Of a stretch of DNA of 64,000 nt, positions 26,581-41,204 are shown piece by piece. The notes under the pieces were generated by a model. The model saw nothing but the letters and a program-made list of their open reading frames with translations. It was not told the origin of the DNA and made no database searches. The stretch lies in assembly GCA_964016885.1 (NCBI GenBank), contig OZ024753.1:31868001-31932000 (forward strand), written 5' to 3'. Numbering within the stretch: the first letter of the stretch is position 1; the number at the start of each line of letters is the position of its first letter. The DNA comes from Eledone cirrhosa. Its lineage: Eukaryota. A program made the translations under genes and the position numbers.

Positions 26581-26616
26581 CATTTGAAAAGCAGAAGAAC
26601 TGCGAAACTGGTAAAG
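26581..26616 (+). ncRNA. Mirror hammerhead-like fold (U3-A8), slightly decayed
   Basis: CAU-UUGAAAA-GCAG-aagaa-CUGC-GAAA-CUGG-UA^AAG. Confidence 0.5.
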
Positions 26617-26675
26617 GAACCAAATAAATATATATATTTTTTTAAAAATAAGACTCCAGTTGAATTTTCGATTTC

Positions 26676-26715
<40 letters not shown>

Positions 26716-26719
26716 TACA

Positions 26720-27073
26720 CGGGTGTGTATGATTGTGTATAGAAGATTATATTAATAAAAGGAAATCCAACTTTGTCTGATTTACTTGTTTTATTTACAA
26801 TCCTTTAAAATGATAATGATATTATAATGAAATAGTATGGTAGAATGTTAAATGTTAAGTATTAATTGAACAAGTACTTTCATGCTTTCGCAATCTTCAG
26901 GTTCATATTCAGTGGTGACAGTCAAGTTTGCAAATTTCAACTGTAAGAACTTGTTCAATTAAGACTTAACATTTAATATTCTACCATACTATTTCATTAT
27001 AATATCATTATAATTTTAAAGGATTGTAAATAAAACGAGTAAATCAGACAAAGTTGGAATTCCATTTATTAAT
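26720..27073 (-). mobile_element. Fold-back element in (TA)n with one hammerhead fold (Penelope-like)
   Basis: Inverted arms ~26751-26875 / 26949-27073. Confidence 0.72.
26867..26905 (-). ncRNA. Predicted minimal type-I hammerhead ribozyme
   Basis: UGAAC-CUGAAGA-u-UGC-gaaa-GCA-u-GAAA-GUAC-UU^GUUCA; 5-bp stem I, GNRA-capped stem II, palindromic stem III AGUACU. Confidence 0.72.
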
Positions 27074-27097
27074 ATATATATATATACATATACATCC

Positions 27098-27128
<31 letters not shown>

Positions 27129-28161
27129 CATCCATATATATATATATATATATATATACATCCATATATATATACATACATCCATATATATAAACATACA
27201 TCCATATATATACATACATACATATATATATATATACATACATATATATACATATATATACACATATACATATACATATATATATATACATACATATATA
27301 CATACATATATATACATATATATACACATATACATATACATACATATAAACATATATACATATACACATATATATATATATACATACATATATATACGTA
27401 TATATATACATATATATACACATATATGTATACACATATACATATATGTATACATACATAAATATATACTTATACATATATATACATACATATACATACT
27501 TATATATACACATATACATATATATATGTATGTATATATATACATACATATATATATATACACATATACACAAATACATATATATAAATACATACATATA
27601 TATATATATACATACTTATATATACACATATACATATATATATGTATATATACACATATATATATATATACATATATATGTATATATACACATATATATA
27701 TACACATATATATAAATACATACATACACATATATATATACATAGATATCTGTATATATATATATACACACATATACATATATATACGCACATATACATA
27801 TATATATACACATATACATATATATATATACACATATACATATATATATATACACATATATATATATATACAAATATATATATATATACATACATATATA
27901 TATACACACATATATATATATACATACATATATATATATATACACATATACATATATACGCATATACATACACATACATATATATATATATACATATAAA
28001 CATATATATATATATACATATATACATATACATATATATACATATATACACATATGCATACACATACATATATATCTATATATACATATATACATATATA
28101 TATATACATACATGTGTATATATATATACATATATATATACATATATATATGTATATATAC

Positions 28162-28210
<49 letters not shown>

Positions 28211-29000
28211 CATATATATATGTATATATACATATATATACATACATTCATATACATATACAGACATGTATATAAATATATGTACATACATAAATTTATA
28301 TATGCATCTACATACATATATATATATATATATAACAAAGGAGTTGTGGTAAGGAACCAGATGGACCATAACGTGCCAGAGTACTCAATACTTAGAGTAG
28401 TAGAGTGGGTAATAGGAAAATGTATGACCCCGATGGCAGAGCTCAAGCCGTTTCGACGGCTAGTCGGGGTCAGACATTTTCCTATATATATATACATTTA
28501 TTCATATACATATATATATGTACATACATACACATATATATGCATGTACATACACATATATATGCATGTACATACATATATATATACATGTACATACATA
28601 TATATATACATGTAAATACATATATATACATGTATATACATGTATATACATATATATACATGTACATACATATATACATGTACATACATATATATATATA
28701 CATGTACATACATATATATATACATGTACATACATATATATATACATGTACATACATATATATATACATGTACATACATATATATATACATGTACATACA
28801 TATATATATACATGTTCATACAAATATATATACATGTTCATACAAATATATACATATATATATATACACATAAATATATATACATATATATATATACACA
28901 TAAATATATATCCATATACATATATAAATATATATAGATACGTATATATATACGTACATACATATATAGATACATATATATATACGTACATACATACATA

Positions 29001-29031
<31 letters not shown>

Positions 29032-29070
29032 CCATATATATATATATACATATACATATATATATATATA

Positions 29071-29101
<31 letters not shown>

Positions 29102-29228
29102 ACATATATATACATATAGCATACATATATGTACATACATATATATATATACATACACACACACACATATATATATACATACACACACATATATATACAC
29201 ATACATATATATACATATACATATGCAC

Positions 29229-29307
<79 letters not shown>

Positions 29308-29315
29308 CATATATT
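27074..29315. repeat. ~2.2 kb compound (TA)n/(CATA)n microsatellite, with a tacatgtacatacatata sub-array at ~28540-28850
   Basis: Direct inspection; source of the Tyr/Ile-rich pseudo-ORFs. Confidence 0.97.
28334..28484 (-). mobile_element. Fold-back mini-element family 1, copy 2
   Basis: Arms 28413-28433 / 28464-28484 with one mismatch; same terminus as copies 1 and 3. Confidence 0.7.
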
Positions 29316-29669
29316 TGCACAAATAATAGCTGCTACATCAAGAAATTTTTGGATCTTATTTTTTTATTATGATGTTTCTTTTTTTAGAGACTTTAAATTT
29401 GTATATTTATTATTTATTTAAGATATTGAACTAAGTGTTCATTATTAAAATTATTATTATTACTTTGGAACGGAAAGGAAACAACAAAACTACCTTGGAG
29501 ATAAACTCACACACACACATATATAATATATATAAATTATGTATATATATATATTTATAAGTTATATACAATATATATTTATAATATATCTGATATATAT
29601 ATTATAATATATATTTATATATTATATATATTTTATATAGATATATATTATATATACATATATATCTAT

Positions 29670-29857
29670 AATTGTTTCTACTTTAGGCACAAGGCCAGCA
29701 ATTACCCAGTGCATTACTGGTACTTTATTTTATCGACCCTGTAAGGATGAAAGGCAAAGTCAACCTCGGCGGGATTTGAACTCAGATCGTAAAGGGACGT
29801 AACTGTGCTGGAAAGCATGGCGTCCGACCCTCTACCGATACTGCCAATTCACCGCCC
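29670..29857 (-). mobile_element. tRNA-derived SINE, full length
   Basis: Near-identical to 50536-50723 and to the reverse complement of 5640-5827. Confidence 0.87.
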
Positions 29858-30673
29858 TTTACATATATATTATATATACATATATATCTATAATATATAT
29901 ATATATAGTATATATACTTTTAAAATATATGTGTATATATATATATATATATATTTAATGTAATATACTTATATATATATGTATACTATATTCAAATATA
30001 TTTATTATATATTTATACATTATATATGTTTATATATATATATATCATATGTATTATATATGTGCATACATATATAATTTATTTATATTACATATATGTG
30101 TGTGTGTGTTCATATATATATATATGTATGTATGTATGTGTGTGCATGTCTATTCACTTACATAATCATAATAAAATAATACATTTATGCATGAGAAATA
30201 TGAAAAAAAAGTGACAGAACTGGCTGCGTGCGGAATATGTACCAATTAGCTTGCCTTCCAAACAACCACATAGTTCACTACACTAAGACGGATTGACAGC
30301 TTTTCCGTGTGAGACTTAGTATATTTATATGTCTGACTCAGGGGATCGCTTTCATACAATAATATCGTATATTAAGTGAATTGTCATAGCAATTATGATT
30401 TGTCCAGTTAAATATCTAAATGTACTACATTTGATATTAAAATGTTCTTACCAGCAATATGTATCTGTTATCCTGGATGTCTAAAGTCTATCTCAAGCCT
30501 GGAGGCTCATTAACCCGATGCTTATACCAGTTTCCATGGCATGAAATAACTGAGAGTTCATGTCTTACCCCTGGACAGAACTCCAGTTCTTTACAGGGTT
30601 AAACCCCCAGCTATTTCTGATCTTATTTTCAGCTGAACATACTGGAGCAACATCAAATGGAACGTTTTGTTAA

Positions 30674-30894
30674 CCCATTAGTATTTAAACCAGCTATATC
30701 TGACCCAAATTCTCTCACATCTTTCTGTTCAAACCGGCCATAACTGACCACTCATACTTATATTAAGGTATTCTTCTCAAAATAGATAATATCCAAATCT
30801 CGTAGATTCAATATTATGTGAGATAATTATGTGAAATAAAGTGTTTACCATGAAAATACAATAGTAAATATAGAATAATGTAAACGCTAAAGGG
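30674..30894 (+). mobile_element. piggyBac-type MITE
   Basis: TTAA|CCCattagtattta...taaacgctaaAGGG|TTAA; homologues at ~34194-34400 and 58888-59112. Confidence 0.75.
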
Positions 30895-31824
30895 TTAAAG
30901 CACACAACACTTTACCTATTCTAAGAATCAAATCCTTGACATTATGATTGTAAGTTCAACACACTACTCACTACTCCATGCACCCCCATATAACTGGCAG
31001 TAAACTATTGCAATTTGTCCAGTTAGACATTTAAATATTCTAAATTTGACACTAAAAAACTGTCATGTCTTCTTTGCGTTGTGGTTTATGTGGTTTTCTG
31101 GTATACAGCTGATATATGTTTTGATTCACGTAGTTAATTCTGTCAAACTCTCTCCATCATATTTTGTGTGTGTAAATGTATAATTTAAATTAAAGTTTAT
31201 CATGAAAAAAAAAAACTTAACCATTTATATTATATATATATATATATTCACACACATTCATCCATACATGCACATATACATACACATTTGTGCATGGTGG
31301 TGGTGATGGTGTGTTTTACAAGAAGTGCAGATATGTGCAATGTTGGTGTTACAAAGTTTGTGTCAAATTTATATCTGTAATACAGCAAATAATATTTATT
31401 ATTATTACATGTTAAAACCAGACACAAAGTCAGCAAATGTTTGATTATCATAAATATTATTATAATTATAACCATTATCATTGTTTTGCCACAACCATTT
31501 CCTAGATTCTCTTTCGTTTTTTTGTTTTTTTTATCATTCTGTATTTTTACTATTATTTGTTTCCATGGTGATTACCAGACTTAACATTTTGACAAAACTC
31601 CCTTTTTGTTTCACAAAATCAATAATTATAATCATTTTTTTTTTGTTTTTATTTTGTTTACTCCAACAATTTCAGTGAAAATATTTAGGGAGAAAAATGT
31701 TAAAGTTGTTCATATTTTCTTTTCTTTCTGTTTTGGCTAAATTTGTGGATTTTTAAAAGATAAAAAAATGGTGTGTTAGTTGTTGTTGATGTTGTTGCTG
31801 GAAGTCAAATCTTTTCCAGGATTT

Positions 31825-31914
31825 TCAGCTTTGAGAATCTGGTAGTGATATCTGTTCTGAACTTTGTGATGGAGTTTCTCCAAGAAGCCAATACGTGGTT
31901 ATTTGTCCTTTACC
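31825..31914 (-). CDS. Receptor guanylyl cyclase gene B (NPR/ANP-receptor-like), terminal coding exon
   Basis: ttgtag| acceptor; GKGQITTYWLLGETPSQSSEQISLPDSQS*. Confidence 0.94.
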   Translation of the reverse strand, partial: GKGQITTYWLLGETPSQSSEQISLPDSQS

Positions 31915-32649
31915 CTACAAAAAATAGAGGTTTAAAAGCAGTTTTAAGGAAAGATTAAGAACAACATTGATGAGTTGTAGTGCACCTGAGCACTGTACAC
32001 AATAATTTCATTATTATTATTATTAACAATAATACAACACACTACTGAAAACCAGCCTTATTTCTATGATAGAAAACTATTTATTTTTAAGTTTTTATAT
32101 CCATTAAAAAAAAACATTGTTAACCCTTTTGATAGCAAACCACTCTTGATTCAATGGTAGAAAAGTTGTTTATTTTAATGTTTTATATTTATTTATAAAC
32201 CTGCTATCATAATTTTATGTAAAAATGTTCTTAAGTTATGCTCCAAACCCCAGCTTAATAATGAGAAAGTTACTAAATCCTTCTAAATCCTTCTAAATCA
32301 TTCATTATTTTCAAAGCAGTCTCACTGATACCACTGGCTTCTTAAACCTGTTGGAAGAAGCCAGAGCAGTATTGGTGAAACTTAAAAATCAAACAGTCAT
32401 TATTGATATTAATCATTACATCATAATCATTGTCACAATTTAATGTTTATTTTCCATGCTTGCATGGGTTAGAAAGCTGCCATGTATTGAGGCCAGCTTA
32501 GGCAAGTGATTAAGTTCTTGTATCATATGCTTTGTTTCAGTTTGGTTTCTTCGGTTAAATGCTTTTCCTAATGCCAACCACTCTAAACTAGCATCTTACA
32601 GGGTTGACTCAGTGTCTTCATTATTGCAACAGCACTACCACCTTACAAT

Positions 32650-32682
32650 ATATTATATATATATATATATAGAGAGAGAGAG

Positions 32683-32753
<71 letters not shown>

Positions 32754-33249
32754 TATATATATACACATATATATATGCATATCATATATATATATGTGTA
32801 TATACACACATATATATATACACATTTATATATACACACATATATATATATATATACACATATATATATATATATACACATATATATATATATATACACA
32901 TATATATATATACACACACACACATATATATATATATACACATACACATATATATACACACACACACACATATATATATATACACATACACATATATATA
33001 CACACACACATATATATATACACACACACACATATATATATACACATATATATATACACACACACATATATATATATATATGTGTATATGTATATATATA
33101 TGTGTGTGTGTATATATATATATATATACACACACACATATATATATACATATACACATATATATATACACACACATATATATACACACACACACACATA
33201 TATACACATATTTACACACAGACATATATATATATACATATACATATAT

Positions 33250-33288
<39 letters not shown>

Positions 33289-33289
33289 C

Positions 33290-33320
<31 letters not shown>

Positions 33321-33456
33321 CATACATCTATATATACATATATATATACATATATATACATGTATATATATATATATATATATACATACATATATATAAT
33401 ATGTATGTGTGTATACATAAAATATACATATAGATATATATATATATGTGTGTGTA

Positions 33457-33492
<36 letters not shown>
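32650..33492. repeat. Compound (TA)n/(CA)n microsatellite
   Basis: Direct inspection. Confidence 0.97.
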
Positions 33493-33496
<4 letters not shown>

Positions 33497-34193
33497 TATC
33501 ACCACTTACATTGTCACAGATATGAATAATCTTATTGTTAATCCTCTGCTGGCAATGGACATATCTAATCATTGTTGTTGGTCTCTGTCCACCTTATAAT
33601 ATATTAATATTGTGTTTAGTTCTTGGCTCTATTACAGACAGACCTTGAGGAGGGTAATGGTGGATGTGGTGTTATTAGGTCACAATAACACATAAGTAAG
33701 GTAATATAAGGTGATGACCTACCCATGAAGAAAATAATCTTTTTTTTTCTCCAGAAATAACAGCTTCTTGTATGTTTAACCCTTACCATTACCCCTACTA
33801 TCACCACCATGACCCAAAACTGTAGTTTGAATAAATTCTTGGACACCAATGAAAAATACATTGGTCATAGCAAGGACGAATTTATCAGGGGGGCAAATGC
33901 CAAGGGCACTGCTTGTCAAACAGGCCTCTTCCTAGGAACATGTTTTCTCTTATCCTCTCTGAACATCGCTCGTTTTCGAACAGAGACTCTGATAACTTAA
34001 TGACAGAGTTAAAAAGAGGACTTTAAAGTGTCTGTTATGGTTATATGTAGGGCTCACTAAACCCAAACTGTTCCGGGCCACCTAAGGTCTAAATATGACC
34101 CTGGTCATTGCAAGCCAAGGGAAATCTATGTGATTTGTTGACCTGCTAGAAAAAAGCAGCCAAATTATCCTGGGTGTACATTTTGCTGTTTAA

Positions 34194-34400
34194 CCCTTTA
34201 GCATTTAAACCAGACATATCCGGCCAGAATTCTATCACTTTTTTCTGTCCAAACAGGTTGTAACTGGCCACTCATACTTATGTTAAGGTACTGGTCTCAA
34301 AATAAATTACATCAAAATCTCATAGACTCGATATTATGTGAGATAAAGGCTTTTTTGCAAAAGTACAGCAGTATATATAGAGTAATGTAAATGCTAAAGG
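34194..34400 (+). mobile_element. piggyBac-type MITE (same family as 30674-30894)
   Basis: ttaa|ccctttagcattta...taaatgctaaagg. Confidence 0.7.
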
Positions 34401-34789
34401 AACAACACTTTAGATGTTATATCTGAAAAAAAGAAACAGGCAAGGTAATGGCTTGAATGCTTTCGGTTATAGGTTTGTTGGGTCAAAGCTGACCTGGGGT
34501 CAAGCAACAATCTTCACTAATCCTTTCAAACTATACTAATTATATTGACCTTCCACTAAGTTTCTTTTCACCATTTTCTTTTTTTTTTTATCATTTTACT
34601 GCTACCACCCCATCATCACTACCGCCCCACCATCACTACTACTACTACCCCACCATCATCACCACGACCACCACCATTAGTACTACTACTACTACTGCCA
34701 CCATCACTTGTGAGAGAGAGAAAGCCACAACAATAGTAGTAGAAAACTAGTTTAGGTATAAAAAAAAATGACTGTTGGTTACTATAATA

Positions 34790-34952
34790 ATTTTTTCTAC
34801 TTTTGGCACAAGGGCAGCAATTATCCCAGTGTATTACTGGTACTTTATTTTTTTGACGCCGTAAGGATGAAAGGCAAAGTTAACCTCGGCAGGATTTGAA
34901 CTCAGACCTTAAAAAGGCGTAACTCTATGCTGCAAAGCATGACATCTGACTC
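34790..34952 (-). mobile_element. tRNA-derived SINE, 5' truncated
   Basis: Reverse complement of the 5640-5827 family. Confidence 0.78.
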
Positions 34953-35318
34953 TATACACATATCTAATAGGTAGGCATGAACCATACCAGAAAATACAAA
35001 TTTCCTCATTAATTGATAAAATGATGGTGATGTTGATATATAAATACAAATACACACATATAGGGGTAGTGCCACAGCATGGCCTCAGACGGATGGCTGG
35101 AACAGGTAAATGAGTAAAATATACAGCATATTGTGGTTTTAAAAATATATTTTCAAATGACTTTTGAAATTAAGAAAATAATTTTTTTTTCTATAATCAA
35201 TAGAACTATATTATGAGTTGTAGTGCACCTGAATACTGTACACAATAATTTTCATTATATTATACATTATGTATATTTATTTTTGATGACATGGGTACAC
35301 TAGTAATGTAAGAATTAC

Positions 35319-35410
35319 CTTCATTTCTACAGGACCTCGACATTCTAGTTGAAAAGTCTGGAACTCATCTAGAATTGATTTTGACTGAGGACTTACATGG
35401 ATTTTCAAAG
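35319..35410 (-). CDS. Receptor guanylyl cyclase gene B, 92-nt exon
   Basis: ccag| and |gtaat; (P)LKIHVSPQSKSILDEFQTFQLECRGPVEMK; same length and phase as gene A exon 2209-2300. Confidence 0.96.
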
Positions 35411-37242
35411 CTGGAATATAAATTGAAAGAAGAGAAGAAGAATAATATGTTGATTAAATTGTATATTTAGTGTGTATGTAATTTATTTCAAAGTGAGGTG
35501 ATTCGGCTTTGTTCTAGCAAACTAATTAATTTTCCACTAATTGGTGTTAAGGGGTGGAGCATGGGGGTTGTGAGAGTTGGGTTAAGTATTTCTATAAGTG
35601 GATGGCTGCGTTGAATTTCTGAGCTAAATATAACAGCAGTGTGTGACATTCTAAGACCCTGGGGTGGTGAGAAATAAAGTGTACATAACTACAGTTGTCA
35701 GTGATATAAAGGTTGAAGTGTCTGCTGTCAGTTTGGAGGAGATTTAGCTTCAGATCCAATAAATGGAGGATTGCTATATCAACGAGAATTGGTTGAGTCA
35801 TAAGAGCATTGCTGTGTTTATTCAGGATCTTCTGCACTTTGAGTTCACATAGCACCAAGATCAATTTTGATTTTTCATCCTTTCGAGGTTGATAGAACTG
35901 GATTTCATTCTTCCTCTCTCTCTCTCTCAGGAGGAAATTGACTTGGTTCCAGCCTGCTGAGGCACGAGTGCTTTGCCAGGTTTAAAATGCTGAAGACACA
36001 CTGTTTTTCAGGGTGCTGTCCGTATGAGTTGAACAAGAGTTAAAGGTTCTTTACCCTTACATTTACCCAAAGGTTAACATTGCTTTTCATCCTTATTGTT
36101 AATTTTATTAAAGTGTTCAACTGAATGCTTTGCAAAACCTGGTCTCTCTCTGTGCATTCTATGTTCAAATCCTGCCTCCTCCTGTCAGGAGTTGCAATGG
36201 TTAGATAGCATCTGTTATGGAAAGACCAATGAAAACATTTTTTCTTTGATCCTGTCTGATGATCAGTTCCATTCCTTTTATATAAGAACTAGTGGCAACA
36301 TTGTTGGTTACTTTACAGTAATACTAGGCCACATACTTTCATTGTAATATAACAGTATGATCCTGCTTCACAGCTAGTATTTATCATCACTTGTTTTATA
36401 AAACAAGACATTTCATAAAACACTAACAACTCTGCCATTCTATTATGTTAAGTTATTTGATGCCATATCACTTGAAACAATCTCGAGTTCTACGATACAA
36501 AGCTGTTGGTTTTAAAGTGTTTATATTTATCTAAAACCCATCTTTTATAATATTATAGAAACTTTTGTTGAGTTATACTCCAAATACCATCTTGATAATG
36601 AGAAAGTTAAACATATATTATTGAATTCCTCCAAAGTTAAAATTTTCAAAATTATTTGAAAATCATAGGCAGTGTCTTTCATTAGAAACATGGTAATGAA
36701 AGGGTTAGAAAATATTAGAATCTTATATGTAAAGTTGAACTATGTGTTTTAATAACATTAGATACTGTGTCTGTAACGTTATGAAATTCTTTTTTAATAT
36801 TCTCTGCTGTAATTAGTTGGGAGGGTATATGACTATAGGTTTTATCATCATCATCATCATCATTGTTTTAATGCCTGCTTTCCCTGTTAGCAAAGGTTTA
36901 GATGGGTCTACAAAGACCAAGACAGTATTGAAGTGGGGCTATGAACTTCCAGACAGGCCATGGATTTGCATCTCACTTACGTAAGGTCTCACATTCTACC
37001 AAGTTCAGAAGATAGGTTGTCATGTAGTTGACACAACTGAAGTGTCCTCTCTGTGTTTGGCAAGCTTCCTACATCCAGATGCCCTTCCTATCACTATTTG
37101 CTATATTGTTAAATTGAAGAGTAAATTTAAAGAATATCCCTAATTTGTGAGTACTCCATAGTGGGGTTATATTATTGAAGAAAAGCCTCATGGTGAGATT
37201 ATATTAATAATGAAGTCAGATCTTGTAGTGGGGTTATATTAA

Positions 37243-37498
37243 CCCTTTCGATACCAACCCACCTGAAACCAGCCCTGGTTGTATGATACAAAAAAGCTCA
37301 TTTCAAAATGTTCATATCTAAATTAAAACATCCAATCATAATTTTATGTAAGAACCTTTTGCTAAGTAATGCTCTAAACATCAGCTTAATAATGAATAAG
37401 TTAAGCTATATTATTTAATTCCTTCAAGTTCTTCATTATTTTCAAAATAAATTGAAACTTGGTCTATGTATTTCATTAGAAGTATGGTAGCAAAAGGG
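37243..37498 (+). mobile_element. piggyBac-like MITE, second family
   Basis: ttaa|ccctttcgatacca...tggtagcaaaaggg|tta; related decayed copies near 2340-2690, 32120, 37513-37790, 40450 and 51900. Confidence 0.6.
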
Positions 37499-37796
37499 TT
37501 ATTAAAGAAAGACATGAAGAATAGTACATAACCTAACTATTTTGCTACCATATTTGGAATTAAAACGCTACCTATGATTTTCAAATTATGTTTTAGTTAA
37601 AGAATTTCGATGGATTTAGTAATATAACTCATCATCTTGTTATTAAGCTGGTAGTTGGAATATAAATTGCAAATGTTATTACATAAAATTGTGAAGGAAG
37701 ACTTTTAGATAAATATAAACATTTTGAAACAAACAACCTTATACCATAGAACCAGGGGTGGTTTCTGGCAGATTGGTATTGAAAAGATTAAAACTA

Positions 37797-38030
<234 letters not shown>

Positions 38031-38089
38031 TCATATGTCCTATTTTTGGCATGGTTTCTACAACTGGTTACCCTTCCTGATTGCAACCA

Positions 38090-38420
38090 CTTTACAAAGT
38101 GACACCAGCACTACCACTTTACAGTGTGTACTGAGTGTATTTTATCATGACACCAGCACTACCATTTTACAGAGTGTACTGGGTGTATTTTTTTGTGACA
38201 CCAGCACCACTACTTTACAGTGTAGTGTGTGCATTTTATTGTGGTACCATGTTACAGAGTGAACTTGATGCATTTTATTGTGGCACCAGCACTGCCATGT
38301 TACAGAGTGAACTCGGTGCATTTTATTGTGGCACCAGCACTACCATGTTACAGAGTGAACTCGGTGCATTTTATTGTGGCACCAGCACTACCATGTTACA
38401 GAGTGAACTCGGTACAATTT
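38090..38420. repeat. ~47-bp tandem repeat derived from the LINE/SINE tail motif
   Basis: Unit ggcaccagcactaccatgttacagagtgaactcggtgcattttattgt. Confidence 0.85.
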
Positions 38421-39112
38421 ATTGGAGACTGCAGTAAATAATGGGAATAAAGATTAGTATTTATAAATATTATAAAAATATGTTAACATCATTAATTATA
38501 TTATACATCATCCTTATTATCGTTTGTATGTCTTCTTTTCCATGTTTACATGAGTTGGACAAGTTTTCTCCATTACTGTCTCACCACATGTTCCTTTGTC
38601 ATATCCTTTGTGAGTTTTATCGTCCTGAGATCAGCTGTCACCGCTTCTGCTTATGTCTTCATTGATTGGGCTTCCTCTTCTGTGACTACCTTACATTGAG
38701 TGAACTAGCTCAGCATGAAATGAAGTATTTTATTCGAAACACAATGCACTCTCTGATCCAAGAATCGAAACCTCGAAACCACAACCTTCTGATTGTAAGT
38801 CCAACACCCTTACCACTAGGCCGCATGACTTCACTATATGTTGAGTCAATGCTATTGTTAGTTTACATTATATGTTTCTCCTACTTTGACCAGTTTTATG
38901 GAGACTGCTCTGGAATATTTCCCATATGTTTTCCTCTGTCATAAATGCCAGAATACAGGAATACATTAGCAGTACTACTGTACAACAACAGCAATGCTAT
39001 AAAATATATAAGCTACATAAAATGTTCTATCATTATAACTTCTTCTCTTTGATCTTTCCTGAATTGACTTTTACTAAAGACTAAATCAGTTGTGTTCAAA
39101 CATATCTGTAAT

Positions 39113-39165
<53 letters not shown>

Positions 39166-39331
39166 GTAATATATACACATATATATATATGTATGTGTAT
39201 ATATATATGTATGTATGCGTAATATATATATGGTGGTAAAATGACTTATCTTTCATCTTATATTTGATATTCTTCCTAAGCTAAAAGACCTGTCCATTAA
39301 TGGTATACATATTCACACATGTGTGTGTGTA

Positions 39332-39365
<34 letters not shown>

Positions 39366-39384
39366 GGAATGAATCTCTCACTCG

Positions 39385-39463
<79 letters not shown>

Positions 39464-39721
39464 GTGTGTGTGTGTAAGTATGTATGTAGTGTGATAATGG
39501 CTGTTTCCATCTTATCTTTGATGTCTGTTATAAGAGGTCTGTAAGCTAATGGTATGCTCACATACATACATGAATCATCGTTATCATCATATAACATTGA
39601 CTTTCCCTGCTAGGAAGGGTTGGATAGGACTACATAGACCAAGTCAGAACTAAAGCAGGGCTGCTGAACTTCCAGACAGGCTAGGGAATTTACATCTCAC
39701 TTAGATATGTGTGAATAAATA

Positions 39722-40168
39722 CTCTATCTATTTCTAAGGCGGGTAAAATTCCCGAGATCCATGGACGAGTTCTCTCCAGCGGTCTCTGCCCCTCATTATC
39801 GCTGCCATGTCCTGCATCTCCAACAGACCAGTGTCTGTCCTTAGGGAATCAACATACTTTAACCTTGGTCTTCCTCTTCCCAAAGGAGCACTGAGTAGAG
39901 ACCTGAAAATCCGCCTCTTCATTGCTGTAGTGGAGTCTGTGCTGCTGTATGGGTCTGAGACTTGGACACTGACCAAGAAACTCACTCAGATGGTGGATGG
40001 GTGCTACACGAGAATGCTGAGGATGGCTCTGAACATTAATCAGTATACACTGAGGATGAAAAACTCAGAGCTGTATGGGAGCCTCCCAAAAGTCAGCTCA
40101 AAAGTGACACAGAGGAGACTGAGGTTAGCTGGACATGCTCACCGACACCCAGAGTTGACATTGCACTC
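39722..40168. mobile_element. RTE-type LINE (distinct family) with internal inversion
   Basis: The - strand 3' piece reads GRGRPRLKYVDSLRTDTG...DRWRELV; the + strand piece reads KIRLFIAVVESVLLYGSETWTLTKK...RLRLAGHAHRHPEL. Confidence 0.85.
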
Positions 40169-41204
40169 TATCTATGCATATGTGTGTATATGTGTATGTG
40201 TGATTATGTGTCAGTATATGCATGGATGTATGTGTATATATGTGAGTGTAGTTACCTTTGAAACTTTAAAATAGTATCAATAATACTAAATGAAACCAGA
40301 TCACTCCAGTTCTCATTCATCATTAGAAGCCTACTTAACTTCCTATCTTACAATGCTAATTCATCTATTCTCCATATATTACAGCTATTGTTAATACTGA
40401 CATTGTTAGTCTAATTACAATCTTGTTACACAAACCATCATCATCATCATTAGCCCTTTTGATATCAAACCAGATCTTCTTCTATGATATAAAACTATAT
40501 ATTCTAAAGTGTTTCAGCCTTTAGACTTTCTTAATTTTGTTTCTACCAACCCTCTATTCTGAGATCTTTCCTGAACACCATTCGTACCAGTCTTGGGGAG
40601 ATCTAAAAATTGATTATGGGATTAACCCATCTTCCTCTAAGACAGAGATTCTCAAACTTTTACAGCCACATAATACCCTCAGCACCCCCACCCCTATTTC
40701 AGAGAGACCTGCCTACACGAAAATTGTAAATAATATATAAAAAATAAAATCGTTAATTTGTATATAATAAATAATATCATATATACTATGTATAAATAAA
40801 TATTACATATTTTTTTTATTTAACTATATTTATATATAATTGTTTCTAATTTTGGCACAAGGCCAGCAATTAACCAGTACATCACTGGTACTTTATTTTA
40901 TCGACCCCATAAGGATGAAAGGCAAAGTTAACCTCATTATATTTATATATAATATGTATCATTTGATATTTGATATACTATTATATCATCTCTACCACCC
41001 CCTTTGACTGCAGCACCCCCTGGCCCTTCTCAATGGCTCCCAGGGGGCAGTAGCACCCACCTTGAGAATCTTAGTTCAAAGTCATAGATAAAGAACAAAT
41101 AAATATATGCAACTGAATCCTCTGTGGTTTTATAGATTCTTGAACGAAAAGATGATAAATGAATCAGTGAAATTTCCCTCAATTATGAATTACACCTCTC
41201 AAAG

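Larger units (their letters stand above)
26359..26682. mobile_element. Fold-back element in (TA)n with a hammerhead-like fold in each arm (Penelope-like)
   Basis: Inverted arms ~26435-26546 / 26568-26677. Confidence 0.72.

Noticed and set aside
27016-29421. Long Tyr/Ile/His/Thr-rich ORFs up to 392 aa (also 7300-7620, 9937-10846, 32612-33599, 48207-48620)
   Set aside because: Translations of (TA)n/(CA)n microsatellites, which are open in most frames.
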